Source: Pelagibacteraceae bacterium AG-333-C14 (GTDB lineage: Bacteria; Pseudomonadota; Alphaproteobacteria; Pelagibacterales; AG-422-B15). Taken from it: a DNA stretch of 64,000 nucleotides. Positions 9,587 through 21,327 of this stretch are shown here, piece after piece. The notes beneath the pieces are model-generated. The model saw nothing but the letters and a program-made list of their open reading frames with translations, had not been told where the DNA came from and searched no databases. Made by a program: the position numbers and the translations under genes. How positions within the stretch are numbered: the first letter of the stretch is position 1; each line of letters begins with the position of its first letter. The DNA lies in the NCBI GenBank assembly GCA_003282485.1, contig QBZD01000003.1, positions 6,953 to 70,952 of the forward strand, read 5' to 3'.

Positions 9587-9662
9587 CCACTAATTCTACG
9601 CCCTGTCTTTCTGCCTTTCTTATGGGAGATTATAGCATTCACTGAACACTAAGTGAATCAAA

Positions 9663-9684
9663 ATCCCGCACAGATCCCGCTCTG
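9663..9684 (+). repeat. Tandem 11-bp repeats (putative integrase arm-type sites), left arm
   Basis: ATCCCGCACAG-ATCCCGCTCTG. Confidence 0.75.
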
Positions 9685-9753
9685 TATAGGGAATGTTTTT
9701 AGATTAAAGATCTTAATTATAAATGATAATACTTTGGAACATATAGTCCGTAA

Positions 9754-10080
9754 TCACATAATTTTTCCAGCACATTCGATTATAACATTAGTTACTTCTT
9801 CATTCTCAAAAAGTAAATCTAGCATGGCCTCTTCGTCATCGCCAACACGCTCAACATCCAGCCCAAGTCTCATTGCTTCTTCTAAAGATAGTATTTGTGA
9901 AAGACCGTTTACGTAACAACCACAATACTCATAATGAATGCCAAGCGGTAGCTCTTCTAATGTTTCTTCCATGCATCCATTAAAAATCTCATCAAGAAAA
10001 ATCTTACTAGAGATTTCAGTGTGCGCATTTTGTGGCAGGAAAAATAAGTATAAAATAGATACAATATGTATAATTTTCAT
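9754..10080 (-). CDS. Secreted acidic 4-Cys hypothetical protein (cassette cargo)
   Basis: Signal peptide (MKIIHIVSILYLFFLPQNAHT); C...YCGC...C pattern; upstream TTGTTT-N16-TAAGAT ends 6 nt before the ATG. Confidence 0.8.
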   Translation of the reverse strand: MKIIHIVSILYLFFLPQNAHTEISSKIFLDEIFNGCMEETLEELPLGIHYEYCGCYVNGLSQILSLEEAMRLGLDVERVGDDEEAMLDLLFENEEVTNVIIECAGKIM

Positions 10081-10139
10081 TTGAAAATCTTATATCAGCT
10101 CTTCAAAAAAACAATCTGTAAATATATTTTATACATTTA

Positions 10140-10161
10140 GTCCCGCACAGATCCCGCACAG
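10140..10161 (+). repeat. Tandem 11-bp repeats (putative integrase arm-type sites), right arm
   Basis: GTCCCGCACAG-ATCCCGCACAG; same orientation as 9663-9684. Confidence 0.75.
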
Positions 10162-10198
10162 CTTGATTTCGAAAGGTAGAAATGGGAATTATGACTCG

Positions 10199-10211
10199 TA
10201 AGTCATTGATT
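10199..10211 (-). promoter_or_regulatory. IHF consensus site, right arm of the mini-element
   Basis: Reverse complement AATCAATGACTTA is a perfect WATCAANNNNTTR; overlaps the hairpin ATGACT-TACG-AGTCAT (10191-10206). Confidence 0.7.
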
Positions 10212-10215
10212 TATT

Positions 10216-10292
10216 TGGTGGGCCCACTAGGACTCGAACCTAGGACAACTCCGTTATGAGCGGAGGGCTCTAACCAACTGAGCTATGGGCCC
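10216..10292 (-). tRNA. tRNA-Ile2 (CAT anticodon, lysidine type); elongator Met not fully excluded
   Basis: GGGCCCATAGCTCAGTTGGTTAGAGC-CCTCCG-CTCATAA-CGGAG-TTGTCCTAGGTTCGAGTCCTAGTGGGCCCACCA; cloverleaf with encoded CCA; downstream of rpoD like ileX. Confidence 0.9.
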
Positions 10293-10340
10293 CTTTTGAT
10301 TTGTTATATACAAAAATAAACTTAATTACAGTTTAATAAA

Positions 10341-12356
10341 TTAGTTTTTATCTAAAAAGCTTTTAAGTAGTTTAGCTCTTGTAGGATGCTTTAATTTGCG
10401 TAAGGCTTTAGCTTCAATCTGTCTAATACGCTCTCTGGTAACAGAGAACTGTTGACCCACTTCTTCTAAAGTATGATCTGAATTCATTCCAATCCCAAAC
10501 CTCATTCTCAGTACGCGCTCCTCTCTTGGGGTAAGTGAAGAAAGTATCTTGGTAGTTGTTTGCCTTAAATTAGAATTTATCGCTGCATCTATTGGGATTA
10601 CAGCATTATCATCTTGAATAAAATCGCCTAGGTGACTATCCTCTTCATCTCCTACAGGGGTTTCAAGACTTACTGGTTCTTTTGCAATTTTTAATACTTT
10701 TCTTACTTTCTCAAGAGGCATATTTAATTTAATAGATATTTCTTCTGGAGTAGGTTCCCGACCAATTTCATTTAATAGAAGTCTCTGTGTTCTAACAATT
10801 TTATTAATCGTTTCAATCATATGGACAGGTATTCTAATAGTTCTAGCCTGATCCGCTATCGAGCGAGTAATAGCTTGCCTTATCCACCATGTGGCATAGG
10901 TTGAAAATTTATATCCTCTTCTGTACTCAAACTTATCAACAGCTTTCATAAGTCCTATATTTCCCTCCTGAATAAGATCAAGAAACTGAAGGCCTCTATT
11001 TGTATATTTTTTGGCAATAGAAATTACTAATCTAAGATTGGCTTCAATCATTTCCTTTTTTGCAATGCTTGATTCTCTCTCTCCTTTTTGAACATTACTA
11101 ACAATTCTTTTAAATTCATTTAATGTTAAACCTATATTACTTGCTGAAGCCCTAACCTCGTTCATTATATTCTTGATACTATTTTTCTCTAACTTAACAA
11201 ACTTTTCCCAACCCGACAGTCTAGTAATTTTTCTTAACCAGTATGGATTATTCTCATTACCTACATATTTATCTAAGAACTCTTCGCGCGTGATCTTATG
11301 CTGCATTGCTAAGCGAAGTAATTTACCTTCTAGAGATACGACTTCTTTATTAATTATGTAGAGTTTATTAATTAATTCCTCAATTTTATTTGTGTTAATT
11401 TGAAGACCCTTGATCAACTCAACAACAGCAATTTTTGATAATTGGTAATTTTTTTCTGATCTTGCTGGAAATTCTCTCCCTTTTTCTTGAAAAGCGATTT
11501 TATCTTGTTGAAGCTTTTGTAACTTTTTGAAACTTTTATTTAATTTTTTAAATGTTTCTAGAATGATGGGTTTTAGCTCCTCTTCCATAATAGCAATAGA
11601 AACATTCAACTCATCATCGGAATCTTCATATTCTTCAACTGACTGATCCGCGGAGGTTTCTATCATAGGCTCAGTGTCATCTCCATAAGTTGCTGACTTC
11701 TTCTCAGCTTCTTTTCGCTTTCTAATTTCTTCTTTCTCCTCTTGTTCCTTTCTTTTTTTTGCTTCTTTAATTTTTTTACTAAGTTCTTTTTTATTTGGAG
11801 ATTCTTCAAATAAAGATTCAAGATCTATAACTTCTCTTAGCGTAATTTTTTCATCAATGATATCATCTCTCCAATCAAGTATTGCTTTTAATGTTAATGG
11901 GCTTTCACATAAGCCAGAAATCATAGCTTCCTGTCCAGCCTCGATCCTTTTAGCAATTGCTATTTCTCCTTCACGTGAAAGAAGGTCAACTGTACCCATT
12001 TCCCTGAGATAGAGTTTTACAGGGTCATCTGTTTTTTCTGTTCCTGTTTTAGCTCCAGAAGAATCTTCATCTTTATCATCATCATTATCCGAGTCATCTG
12101 AATCGATAATATCAAATCCTGCCTGTGACAACTTAGTTGTATACTGTTCAATTTGTTCAGAAGTAAATTTATCATCTGGAAATGATTTTTTTATCAATTC
12201 ATTTGTTAGATATCCGTCTTTCTTACCCTGCTTGATTAACTTCTTTATAATAGATTTTTCTAAATCTAATACAGGTCCATCCTGATCGAGTGGTTGAGAC
12301 GTATTAGTCTCTAATACTTGCTTTACTTGCTTTTTTTTTCTGCCGCGCTTTTTCAT
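10341..12356 (-). CDS. rpoD: RNA polymerase sigma-70 factor RpoD
   Basis: [56 protein letters not shown]. Confidence 0.98.
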   Translation of the reverse strand: MKKRGRKKKQVKQVLETNTSQPLDQDGPVLDLEKSIIKKLIKQGKKDGYLTNELIKKSFPDDKFTSEQIEQYTTKLSQAGFDIIDSDDSDNDDDKDEDSSGAKTGTEKTDDPVKLYLREMGTVDLLSREGEIAIAKRIEAGQEAMISGLCESPLTLKAILDWRDDIIDEKITLREVIDLESLFEESPNKKELSKKIKEAKKRKEQEEKEEIRKRKEAEKKSATYGDDTEPMIETSADQSVEEYEDSDDELNVSIAIMEEELKPIILETFKKLNKSFKKLQKLQQDKIAFQEKGREFPARSEKNYQLSKIAVVELIKGLQINTNKIEELINKLYIINKEVVSLEGKLLRLAMQHKITREEFLDKYVGNENNPYWLRKITRLSGWEKFVKLEKNSIKNIMNEVRASASNIGLTLNEFKRIVSNVQKGERESSIAKKEMIEANLRLVISIAKKYTNRGLQFLDLIQEGNIGLMKAVDKFEYRRGYKFSTYATWWIRQAITRSIADQARTIRIPVHMIETINKIVRTQRLLLNEIGREPTPEEISIKLNMPLEKVRKVLKIAKEPVSLETPVGDEEDSHLGDFIQDDNAVIPIDAAINSNLRQTTTKILSSLTPREERVLRMRFGIGMNSDHTLEEVGQQFSVTRERIRQIEAKALRKLKHPTRAKLLKSFLDKN

Positions 12357-12357
12357 A

Positions 12358-14169
12358 TCAATTTTTAGCTAAACTCTCTTTTTTAATTTTTAAAAAATTC
12401 TCATAGCTTTCCTGATCCATATTCTGCTCTAAATCTTTGAAAGCTTGTGACAGATCATTTTTCTCAAGTAGCTTATTATGCAAGTCAAGTAATCCTAAAA
12501 AGCTTTTTTCAACTGTTTCAAAATCACTTTTTATGACTGATCTGTAAGTTTTAATCAAATTAGACTTATATATAAGTGCAATCTCAACCGTGAGCCCCTT
12601 TTCTATTAAATATGACTTAAAGTCAAAATTTTCAAGATCTTTATCTGAATTTATTGATCCAAATTCAATGATTTCTGACACTAAATTTGCTAATTTAAGG
12701 TCATTAAAGCTAATTCTTCCCAGTTCCTCAATATACTTAAATAAAAGTAACGGGTTCTCAATAACGTGCATTAAAATAATTTTTTCTCTGATGACTGAGT
12801 CGTGACTAGATTGATTAACCCTATCACTATTAGTAATCTCTTTTGAAACTTTATTATCAATATAACGAGAGTATGATGCATTCTTCTGAAAATACGGTCT
12901 TTTGAGAACATTAAATTTATCATTAAATTCTTTAATATAATAATCTCTTACAGTTTGATTCTCAATTTTACTTATAATTGACTTAATTCTTTTTTCAAAT
13001 CCAGCCTTTTTCTCAGGGGTTGAAATATCATTTTTTATTAATTCTACCTTCCAAATAAATTCTGATAAAGAATATGAATTGTTTATAACCTTCTTAAAAT
13101 CATTTGGACCATTTTTTAATAAAAAATCATCGGGGTCATAATCATTTGGTAATATACAAAACCTCACTGAAAGGTCTGGTGATATATTGCTTAAAGCTAA
13201 AACTGCAGCTCGCTCTGCTGCTTTTTGACCAGCTTCATCCCCATCAAACATGATAATTGGGCTACTGCATACTTTCCATGCTCTTTGTAATTGGTAACTG
13301 GTGAGTGCAGTACCTAAAGGAGCAACAGTGGTTTTAAAGTTATTCTGAAATAAGGATATCACATCCATATAACCTTCAACTACAATTAAATTTTCAACTT
13401 TTCTATTCTCTTCAATTGCTAAATTAAGATTAAATAAGTTTAAACTTTTTTTAAAAATTGGACTATCGGAAGAATTTATATATTTTATATTTGAGTTATC
13501 TATAGCTCTTCCACCAAATGCAATTAAGTTTGATTTATAATCTTTAATCGGAAACATAAGTCTATTTCTGAAAAAATCGTAATATTCATTTTCTTTATGT
13601 TTTGATTTTTTTATAAGTCCTAATGACAAAGCATCTTCGATATTTACTCCAATTTTTTTTAAATGAAGATAAAGTTCATTGCTTTGAGATCCTGCAAATC
13701 CTAACTCAAATTTGTTCCACATATCAGGGTTGACTTGTCTTTTATCCAAATATTTCTTAATTCCCTCACTCTGTTTCAACTTTGACGTGTAAAATTTATT
13801 TGCCTCAATCATAATATTTCTCAGACTTGGATAATTATTTTCAACGTAATTGGAGTCCTTTATAATTCCAGATTCAGGATTTAGACCTGCCTGCTTAGCA
13901 AGGTACTCAATTGAATCAGGATAAGACATATTTTTATGCTTCATAAGAAATGAAAATATATCTCCATGTTCTGCGCTACTGAAACAATGAAAAAACTCCT
14001 TATCATCATTGACTGTAAATGATGGCGTCTTCTCATTTTTGAATGGGCTTAATCCAACATATTCATTTCCACGTTGAGTTAATTTTACAAATTTACCGAC
14101 AACCTCAGAAACTCTGAGTCTTGACTTGATTTCAGAAATAAATTCTTTTGAGTATCTGGGCATCAACAA
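12358..14169 (-). CDS. dnaG: DNA primase
   Basis: Zn-binding-like N-terminus ([11 protein letters not shown]...FHCFSS), [30 protein letters not shown] motif. Confidence 0.97.
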   Translation of the reverse strand: MLMPRYSKEFISEIKSRLRVSEVVGKFVKLTQRGNEYVGLSPFKNEKTPSFTVNDDKEFFHCFSSAEHGDIFSFLMKHKNMSYPDSIEYLAKQAGLNPESGIIKDSNYVENNYPSLRNIMIEANKFYTSKLKQSEGIKKYLDKRQVNPDMWNKFELGFAGSQSNELYLHLKKIGVNIEDALSLGLIKKSKHKENEYYDFFRNRLMFPIKDYKSNLIAFGGRAIDNSNIKYINSSDSPIFKKSLNLFNLNLAIEENRKVENLIVVEGYMDVISLFQNNFKTTVAPLGTALTSYQLQRAWKVCSSPIIMFDGDEAGQKAAERAAVLALSNISPDLSVRFCILPNDYDPDDFLLKNGPNDFKKVINNSYSLSEFIWKVELIKNDISTPEKKAGFEKRIKSIISKIENQTVRDYYIKEFNDKFNVLKRPYFQKNASYSRYIDNKVSKEITNSDRVNQSSHDSVIREKIILMHVIENPLLLFKYIEELGRISFNDLKLANLVSEIIEFGSINSDKDLENFDFKSYLIEKGLTVEIALIYKSNLIKTYRSVIKSDFETVEKSFLGLLDLHNKLLEKNDLSQAFKDLEQNMDQESYENFLKIKKESLAKN

Positions 14170-14213
14170 AGTATAGTACCTAATTACAGTAAAAAATAGT
14201 TAGCAAATTACAA

Positions 14214-14669
14214 CTAATTTTGCAGCTTTTCCTTTATTAATTTACTCGCAAGCGACATGTCTAATGAAGAAGAGCTGTTATCTTTAAGATATTTAATAAC
14301 TTTACCGATTTCTTTGAGGCTTGAAGCTTCTGTTACACTAATTGCTTTATCACATATTGTGGCTGTTTCTTCTTCACTTAGCTGTTTTGGCAAAAATTCA
14401 TTGATAATTGTGATTTCTAATTTCTCTTTTTTCGCTAACTCAGTTCGACCTGCTTTTTCAAACATATCGATCGAATCATTTCGTTGCTTAACCATTTTTT
14501 TTAAAAGTTGTATGATTGTATCTTCTAGTATTTCTGAGTCTTCACCAGAAGAGCGGCTGGCAATTTCTTTATCTTTTATTGCGGCTATTATTAACCTTAA
14601 TGTATGTAATCTCTCTTTATCACCATTTTTCAGTGCCTTTGACAATTCATTTGTGATTATATCTTTCAT
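14214..14669 (-). CDS. yqeY: GatB/YqeY domain protein
   Basis: KMVKQRNDSIDMFEKAGRTELA...FLPKQLSEEE; canonical position between dnaG and carA. Confidence 0.9.
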   Translation of the reverse strand: MKDIITNELSKALKNGDKERLHTLRLIIAAIKDKEIASRSSGEDSEILEDTIIQLLKKMVKQRNDSIDMFEKAGRTELAKKEKLEITIINEFLPKQLSEEETATICDKAISVTEASSLKEIGKVIKYLKDNSSSSLDMSLASKLIKEKLQN

Positions 14670-14746
14670 ACGAGACGAATAAGGAAACTACATCAACTAA
14701 TCTTAAGTATCAATAAAAGTTAAAATAATATTTTATTATCTTACTA

Positions 14747-14775
14747 TTGCATCGAGCATTCATTTGCCTTAAATT
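14747..14775 (+). promoter_or_regulatory. Putative sigma-70 promoter of carAB
   Basis: TTGCAT-N17-TAAATT upstream of carA. Confidence 0.45.
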
Positions 14776-14800
14776 CCAATAAATCTAGAATCATTTTTTT

Positions 14801-15952
14801 ATGTTAAAGACGAATAGGTTGAAAAAAGATCGCATAACCGCTCGATCTAAACCTATTTCAGGACAGCTCATTCTAGAAGATGGCACTTCCTTCGAGGGTT
14901 TAAAAATCGGATCAGATATCAATTCTATTGGCGAAGTTTGTTTCAATACTTCAATGACCGGATATCAAGAAATTATTACTGATCCATCATACGCAGGTCA
15001 GATAATTAATTTTACATTTCCTCACATTGGAAATGTTGGAACAAACTTTGAAGATAATGAGTCATCAATTTCTTATGCAAAAGGTGTAATAATTAATTGT
15101 GATATTTCCGATCCATCTAATTTTAGATCTATACAGCATTTAGATAAATGGCTTAAAAAAAAAGGTATTCCTGGATTATGCAATATAGATACAAGATCAA
15201 TTACCAATAGAATAAGATCTAAAGGAGCTCCAAAAGGAGGAATTGTTAAAAAACTTATAAATAAACGTCATGAAAAAAAATTTCTCTCAGAAGTAAAAAA
15301 ATGGCAGGGACTTAACAATCTTGATCTTGCAATCGAAGTAACACGCAAAAAAATTCAGAAATTTAAAAGTAAATCAAAGTCAAAATTAAACATAGTAGCA
15401 ATCGATTATGGCATGAAGCAAAATATCTTAAATTGCCTGCTTGAATTAAATATAAATGTAATTGTTGTTCCTGCAAATACTACATCAGATGAAATATTAG
15501 AATATAATCCCAATGGAATTTTTTTATCAAATGGTCCCGGTGATCCAAAGGCTACGGGTAAATATGCTATACAAACCATAAAAGATTTAATTCATCAAAA
15601 GATTCCCATCTTTGGGATCTGTTTAGGGCATCAATTAATTTCTCTCGCACTTGGCGCTAAAACAAAAAAAATGTTTCAAGGCCATCGAGGAGCTAATCAC
15701 CCTGTTCAAAATTTAGAAAACAAAAAGGTAGAGATAACATCTCAAAACCATGGTTTTGTAGTTACTGAAAAGTCTATCCCTAAAAATGTTAAGATTACCC
15801 ATAAATCTCTATTTGATGGCAGTGTTGAGGGTATAGAACATAAAAATAAAAAGATTTTTGCAGTTCAATACCATCCAGAAGCAAGCCCTGGACCTCATGA
15901 CAGCCAGTATCTTTTTCAAAAATTTAAAAGGATGATAAAAAGTAATGCCTAA
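14801..15952 (+). CDS. carA: Carbamoyl-phosphate synthase small subunit
   Basis: [41 protein letters not shown]. Confidence 0.98.
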   Translation: MLKTNRLKKDRITARSKPISGQLILEDGTSFEGLKIGSDINSIGEVCFNTSMTGYQEIITDPSYAGQIINFTFPHIGNVGTNFEDNESSISYAKGVIINCDISDPSNFRSIQHLDKWLKKKGIPGLCNIDTRSITNRIRSKGAPKGGIVKKLINKRHEKKFLSEVKKWQGLNNLDLAIEVTRKKIQKFKSKSKSKLNIVAIDYGMKQNILNCLLELNINVIVVPANTTSDEILEYNPNGIFLSNGPGDPKATGKYAIQTIKDLIHQKIPIFGICLGHQLISLALGAKTKKMFQGHRGANHPVQNLENKKVEITSQNHGFVVTEKSIPKNVKITHKSLFDGSVEGIEHKNKKIFAVQYHPEASPGPHDSQYLFQKFKRMIKSNA

Positions 15953-18900
15953 AAGGAATGATATTAAATCAATATTGGTGGTAGGCGCTGGACCAATCAT
16001 TATAGGCCAAGCATGTGAGTTTGATTATTCAGGTACTCAGGCGTGTAAAGCATTAAGAGAAGAAGGGTATAGAGTAATTTTAATTAACTCTAATCCTGCT
16101 ACTATTATGACTGACCCAGATACAGCTGATGCAGTTTACATTGAACCAATTACTCCTGAAATTGTAACTAAGATAATAGCCAAAGAAAAACCTGATGTAA
16201 TGTTGCCCACTATGGGAGGACAGACGGCATTAAATATTGCTATTGCTCTTTCTAACAATGGTACCCTTAAAAAGTATAATGTTGAGCTCATTGGAGCAAA
16301 TCTCAAAGCAATAAAAAAAGCTGAAGAAAGAGAGAGATTCTACAAAGCAATGATAAAAATTGGTCTTGAATGTCCTCGAGCAGAAATAGCTCGAAATTTT
16401 AAAGATGCAAAAAAAGCCTTAAAAAAAATTGGACTTCCAGTAATTATTAGGCCCTCTTTTACTCTGGGAGGTACAGGAGGAGGAATTGCAACAACAGAAA
16501 AGCAATTTGATGAAATAGCGAATTCAGGTCTTTACAGTTCTCCTATTAGTGAAATTTTAATTGAAGAGTCTGTTGCCGGTTGGAAAGAGTATGAAATGGA
16601 AGTTGTCAGAGATCGAAATGATAATTGTATTATTATTTGCTCAATTGAAAATATAGATCCAATGGGAATTCATACGGGCGACTCCATTACTATTGCGCCT
16701 GCGCTTACTTTAACTGATAAAGAATTTCAAATTATGAGGAATGCCTCCATAGCTTGTTTGAGAGAAATTGGAGTTGAAACTGGTGGTTCAAATGTTCAAT
16801 TTGCTGTAAATCCAAAAAATGGTCGTCTTGTTATCATTGAAATGAACCCTAGGGTGTCAAGATCATCAGCCTTAGCTTCAAAAGCTACGGGATTTCCAAT
16901 TGCAAAAATTGCTGCCAAGCTTGCCGTAGGATATACTCTAGATGAGTTAAGAAATGAAATTACAAAAGTAACTCCAGCCTCCTTTGAGCCAACAATTGAC
17001 TATGTAGTAACAAAGATTCCAAGATTTACATTTGAAAAATTTCAACTTACACAACCGCTTCTTTCTAGTTCAATGAAATCTGTTGGTGAGGTTATGGCCA
17101 TAGGTAGATCATTTCCTGAATCACTTCAAAAAGCGATGAGATCTCTTGAAATTGGATTAGATGGGCTTGATGAAGTTAAAAAAAATATAAATAATAAAAA
17201 ACTAAATAAAAAAAATATAATTAGTGAACTAAAGAAACCTCTAGCGGATCGTCTTTTACTTATTGCGCAGGCTTTGCGTCTCGGTAATTCAGTCAAAGAA
17301 ATTTATAATGCTTCAAAAGTTGATAAATGGTTCATTGAACAAATTAAGCGAATTGTAGATAAAGAGATTGAACTTAAGTCAAAAGGGCTTCCAAAAAAAC
17401 CTGAGGAGATTTTAAAAATTAAAGCATTAGGGTTTTCAGATAAAAAAATATCTCAACTATGTGGGTTAAGCGAAGATAGAATATTTGACTTAAGGAAAAA
17501 AAATAAAATATGCCCTGATTTCAAGAGAATTGATACCTGTGCAGCTGAATTTAAATCAATGACTCCTTACATGTATTCGACATATTCAAAAAATTATCTC
17601 AATGGAGATACATGCGAGTCAAATCCATCGAGTAAAAAGAAAGTAATCATATTGGGAAGTGGTCCTAACAGAATTGGTCAAGGAGTTGAATTTGATTATT
17701 GTTGTTGTCATGCGTCATTTGCACTTAAAGAGCTTAAATATGAGACAATTATGATAAATTGTAATCCAGAAACAGTATCAACAGATCCGGATACAAGCGA
17801 TCGACTGTATTTTGAACCACTCGCTGAAGAGAATGTATACGACATAATATTAAAAGAAAAAACTAAAGGTAAATTGCTCGGTGTCATTGTACAGTTTGGA
17901 GGCCAGACCCCTCTTAAACTAGCGTCATTTTTAAATAAGATGAAAATTCCAATTCTTGGAACATCAAAAGACTCTATTGATGCCGCTGAAGATAGAGAGA
18001 AATTTAAAAAAATTTCAGAAAACTTAAATCTTTTACAGCCTGCAAATGGCATAGCCTTTTCAGAAAAGCAAGCTTTCGAAGTCATTAATAAGATTGGATT
18101 TCCTGCTGTCATACGACCGTCATATGTTTTAGGAGGCAGAGCAATGGAAATTGTTCATAATAAAGATGAGCTCAAGAAATATTTCAAAGAAGCAGTTATT
18201 GTTTCAGGAGATAGTCCAGTCTTGATAGATCATTATTTGAAAGACTCAATTGAGGTTGATGTAGACGCCGTGTCTGATGGAAAAAAAGTAATTATTGCAG
18301 GTATTATGGAACATATTGAAGAAGCAGGAATACATTCAGGCGACTCAACATGTACACTACCTCCATACTCGTTATCAGAAAAAATTATAAAAGATATTGA
18401 GAAACAAACAAAAAAACTTGCAATAGCACTTGATGTAAAAGGTCTTTTAAATATTCAATTTGCTATACAAAACAATAATATCTTCCTTTTAGAAGTTAAT
18501 CCTAGAAGTAGTAGAACAGTTCCTTTTGTTGCAAAAGCAACAGGAAACCCCATTGTTAAGATTGCATTAAATGTTGCAATGGGTAAGAAATTAAATAAGA
18601 GAGATTTCAAAGAAAGTAAAAAAGAATACATTTCAATTAAGGAACCAGTGTTTCCTTTCAAAAGATTTCCAAATGTTGACACAATATTAGGTCCTGAGAT
18701 GAAATCGACTGGAGAAGTCATGGCGATAGATAAGTCATTTGAAGCGGCATTTATTAAATGCCAATTAGCTTCATCAAACCCTCTTCCAAAGAAAGGTAAT
18801 TTATTCGTATCCGTTAAGAATTCTGATAAACCAAAAATAGTACCTATTGTTCGGTCCTTTCAAAAACTCGGATTTAAAATTAAGGCTACACATGGCACGG

Positions 18901-19184
18901 CTTCATATTTAATGGATCAAGGAATTAATGTGAGTAAGATTAATAAAGTGTCTCAAGGTTCACCTCACATTGTGGAAGATTTATTAGATGAAAATATAGA
19001 TATACTAATAAACACAACAGAGGGCAGAAAATCTATAAATGATTCCTTTAGTGTTAGAAGAACAGCATTAATGAAGAGTCTACCTTATTTTCTCACTATA
19101 TCAGGGGCAAGAGCAGCCATAAATTCAATTAAGGAATTACGCAACAACGATCTTGAAGTTAATCAAATTACTAACTTTCACTAG
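15945..19184 (+). CDS. carB: Carbamoyl-phosphate synthase large subunit
   Basis: [11 protein letters not shown]...[13 protein letters not shown]; duplicated ATP-grasp domains; MGS domain. Confidence 0.98.
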   Translation: MPKRNDIKSILVVGAGPIIIGQACEFDYSGTQACKALREEGYRVILINSNPATIMTDPDTADAVYIEPITPEIVTKIIAKEKPDVMLPTMGGQTALNIAIALSNNGTLKKYNVELIGANLKAIKKAEERERFYKAMIKIGLECPRAEIARNFKDAKKALKKIGLPVIIRPSFTLGGTGGGIATTEKQFDEIANSGLYSSPISEILIEESVAGWKEYEMEVVRDRNDNCIIICSIENIDPMGIHTGDSITIAPALTLTDKEFQIMRNASIACLREIGVETGGSNVQFAVNPKNGRLVIIEMNPRVSRSSALASKATGFPIAKIAAKLAVGYTLDELRNEITKVTPASFEPTIDYVVTKIPRFTFEKFQLTQPLLSSSMKSVGEVMAIGRSFPESLQKAMRSLEIGLDGLDEVKKNINNKKLNKKNIISELKKPLADRLLLIAQALRLGNSVKEIYNASKVDKWFIEQIKRIVDKEIELKSKGLPKKPEEILKIKALGFSDKKISQLCGLSEDRIFDLRKKNKICPDFKRIDTCAAEFKSMTPYMYSTYSKNYLNGDTCESNPSSKKKVIILGSGPNRIGQGVEFDYCCCHASFALKELKYETIMINCNPETVSTDPDTSDRLYFEPLAEENVYDIILKEKTKGKLLGVIVQFGGQTPLKLASFLNKMKIPILGTSKDSIDAAEDREKFKKISENLNLLQPANGIAFSEKQAFEVINKIGFPAVIRPSYVLGGRAMEIVHNKDELKKYFKEAVIVSGDSPVLIDHYLKDSIEVDVDAVSDGKKVIIAGIMEHIEEAGIHSGDSTCTLPPYSLSEKIIKDIEKQTKKLAIALDVKGLLNIQFAIQNNNIFLLEVNPRSSRTVPFVAKATGNPIVKIALNVAMGKKLNKRDFKESKKEYISIKEPVFPFKRFPNVDTILGPEMKSTGEVMAIDKSFEAAFIKCQLASSNPLPKKGNLFVSVKNSDKPKIVPIVRSFQKLGFKIKATHGTASYLMDQGINVSKINKVSQGSPHIVEDLLDENIDILINTTEGRKSINDSFSVRRTALMKSLPYFLTISGARAAINSIKELRNNDLEVNQITNFH

Positions 19185-19651
19185 TCTAAAGGAACGTTAC
19201 CTAGTTTTTTAGTATTTTTTATTACAAATGCAGTTTTAACACTTGAAATATTTTCATTGGGTGTGATGTTTTGCGTTAAAAAATCATTAAATTCATTCAT
19301 ATTTTTAACAACACATTTCAATATAAAGTCAATTTCGCCATTAAGCATAAAACACTCCCTTATCGCTACCCATCCCCATATCTGTTTTTCAAAAGCACTC
19401 AAGCTCTCCTCATTCTGGTTCTTAAGACTGATAAAAATCCATGCTGTTAAGTCATATCCTAATTTTGTTGGATCAAGGTTAGCTCTAAATCCATCAATAT
19501 AGCCATTGTCTTCTAAGTCACGCACTCTTCTAAGGGTCGGAGGCGGTGACATACTAATTTTTTTTGAAAGATCTAGATTGGATATTCTTCCCTCATCTTG
19601 GAGTATTCTTAGTATTTTTAAATCTACACTATCAAGCGTTTTTTTTACCAT
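19181..19651 (-). CDS. Lrp/AsnC family transcriptional regulator
   Basis: [20 protein letters not shown]...[13 protein letters not shown]; start set at the TGATG overlap (19651). Confidence 0.92.
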   Translation of the reverse strand: MVKKTLDSVDLKILRILQDEGRISNLDLSKKISMSPPPTLRRVRDLEDNGYIDGFRANLDPTKLGYDLTAWIFISLKNQNEESLSAFEKQIWGWVAIRECFMLNGEIDFILKCVVKNMNEFNDFLTQNITPNENISSVKTAFVIKNTKKLGNVPLD

Positions 19652-20277
19652 CAATATACAGGCCACTCTGTTTCAAACGTTACATAATTTAATTGTAAGC
19701 ATCGTCTTTCATTTTTGATATATTTTTTTTCTAATCCATGCCATGAATCTTTTTCTGAAGTAAAAATATACCCAAAATTATTTCTATAAGGCAAGGTCTT
19801 TGCAACTTTAAGGTCAGGAGTATAAAAATCAGTTCCAAGATTTTCGTTTTCCCCATACCTATTAACAAATAAAATTGACGACATTAATTTCTCTTTTATG
19901 TCGCAGTGAGGCTCAAGCCAAAAACCATTTTTATCAGCAATTACTTCAACTCTTACAAAGGAATTTGATAAATTTCTGTTAATCATTTTTGAAATTAAAT
20001 CCGTACACTCCTTTGATTGCATTTCTTTTACAAGTTTATACAATTCAGGATGATCAGAAGAATTTTCCTTTGTAATGAAAACTCTTAATTTACTTAAAAG
20101 ATTATTTCCTGTTTTGTCGCCTGCTCTAGTTCCATCAAATATCACATCGCCCTCTGGAAATTTGATATCATAAACCTCGTCTATTAAAGTTTCTGATAAT
20201 GGATTTTCTAATGTCCAGTGATTGAAAGGTTCATTGAAATGATTTAAATCGTTCTTTAGAGCATTAACTAATGACAT
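19651..20277 (-). CDS. 2OG-Fe(II) oxygenase family protein
   Basis: HxD (PHCD)...SWHG...RRCLQLNY facial-triad pattern. Confidence 0.75.
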   Translation of the reverse strand: MSLVNALKNDLNHFNEPFNHWTLENPLSETLIDEVYDIKFPEGDVIFDGTRAGDKTGNNLLSKLRVFITKENSSDHPELYKLVKEMQSKECTDLISKMINRNLSNSFVRVEVIADKNGFWLEPHCDIKEKLMSSILFVNRYGENENLGTDFYTPDLKVAKTLPYRNNFGYIFTSEKDSWHGLEKKYIKNERRCLQLNYVTFETEWPVY

Positions 20278-21248
20278 TATTGATTACTATATCTTTCATT
20301 AATTGTTTTGGCTACTTCCGTTGTTTCATTCTCATAAGAATTAGAATAATCATCTAATCTATCTGATAATATTTTTATATAATTTTTTTTGACCAAAGTT
20401 GATATAAAACTTTCAATTCGATTATTTCTTTTTGATGAAGGTAACTTATATATAAAAACTGGTTTTTTTGCAGACACTGATTCAGATATGATTGAAACTG
20501 AGTCTGAAGTACAGATTAGGTATTTTGAGTAATGCATAAGAGCTAAGTAAGGATTCTCTTTTCCTTCCCAAACAATATTTTGTTTTGGGTATTTCTTTTT
20601 TAAATAATCTTTTATAAATTCGTCTGTCCTTCTTGAAAAAACAATAAACATTTGGACATTGTTATTATTCATCACTTTGTCTAGAGTCTGTGCTAATTCG
20701 ATAACATTAGATTGATCAAATTTGTAATTTCTGCTTTTACCACCAATAAAAACCGTACAAATTGGTTTTTGAATTGATCCAAAACTATCCTTCATTTCCT
20801 CTGCATGCTTTTCTAGTAGTTTTGGTGTGATGTGATTAATAGCAAGATCAGTGGTGATGACATTATTTCCAACAACCTTGTCGTGAGAAGGGGCAACAAC
20901 AATATCAAAATTATTTGTATTTATTTTTGGGTTTTGAATGTGAATAGAGAAAATTGGACTATTAGATTTTTTTTTAATAAATAGTGAGGCATAGATACTT
21001 CTTTTGCCACACGAAATCAATATATCAGGAACTTTTCCATCTAAACTAAACTCTCCCAAATTCTTGAACATCTTATTAGACAAAGGCACTAAATTAACTG
21101 GCAGCTTATTCCATGGGAAATTAAGTTTTACCTCTTTCAGTTCATAGCTTACATTAAGTGCTTCAGCAAGGCCTCTGACTTGACTAATCATGCCAGCTGA
21201 GCCATCGGTTAAACACCATGCTAACTTGTTAGTCTTGAAATTATTCAT
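20277..21248 (-). CDS. ELM1 (mitochondrial fission)/DUF1022 family protein
   Basis: WCLTDGSAGMISQ, PSHD, FSRRT, NPY, TSDSVS motifs; typical neighbour of lrp/trxB. Confidence 0.85.
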   Translation of the reverse strand: MNNFKTNKLAWCLTDGSAGMISQVRGLAEALNVSYELKEVKLNFPWNKLPVNLVPLSNKMFKNLGEFSLDGKVPDILISCGKRSIYASLFIKKKSNSPIFSIHIQNPKINTNNFDIVVAPSHDKVVGNNVITTDLAINHITPKLLEKHAEEMKDSFGSIQKPICTVFIGGKSRNYKFDQSNVIELAQTLDKVMNNNNVQMFIVFSRRTDEFIKDYLKKKYPKQNIVWEGKENPYLALMHYSKYLICTSDSVSIISESVSAKKPVFIYKLPSSKRNNRIESFISTLVKKNYIKILSDRLDDYSNSYENETTEVAKTINERYSNQ

Positions 21249-21327
21249 TTAGATATTATCTAGAATCTTAGTATATATAAAATTCTTTAAATTAAATCGA
21301 TAATATATAAATTATACTAAAAGCCAA

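Larger units (their letters stand above)
9510..10262. mobile_element. Non-autonomous tRNA-integrated mini-element (704-bp unit, one cargo gene, no integrase)
   Basis: Flanked by 49-bp direct repeats 704 bp apart; paired 11-bp repeats and IHF-like sites inside both ends. Confidence 0.8.

Noticed and set aside
9653-9916. 87-aa + strand ORF inside the mini-element (possible excisionase or integrase remnant)
   Set aside because: Runs through the arm repeats and antisense to the cargo gene, is Ser-rich like a shadow frame, and has no HTH or tyrosine-recombinase motifs.
9663-10161. 11-bp repeats as a CRISPR array or replication iterons
   Set aside because: Only two adjacent pairs about 480 bp apart with no spacers, cas or rep gene; their position relative to the att cores fits arm-type sites better.
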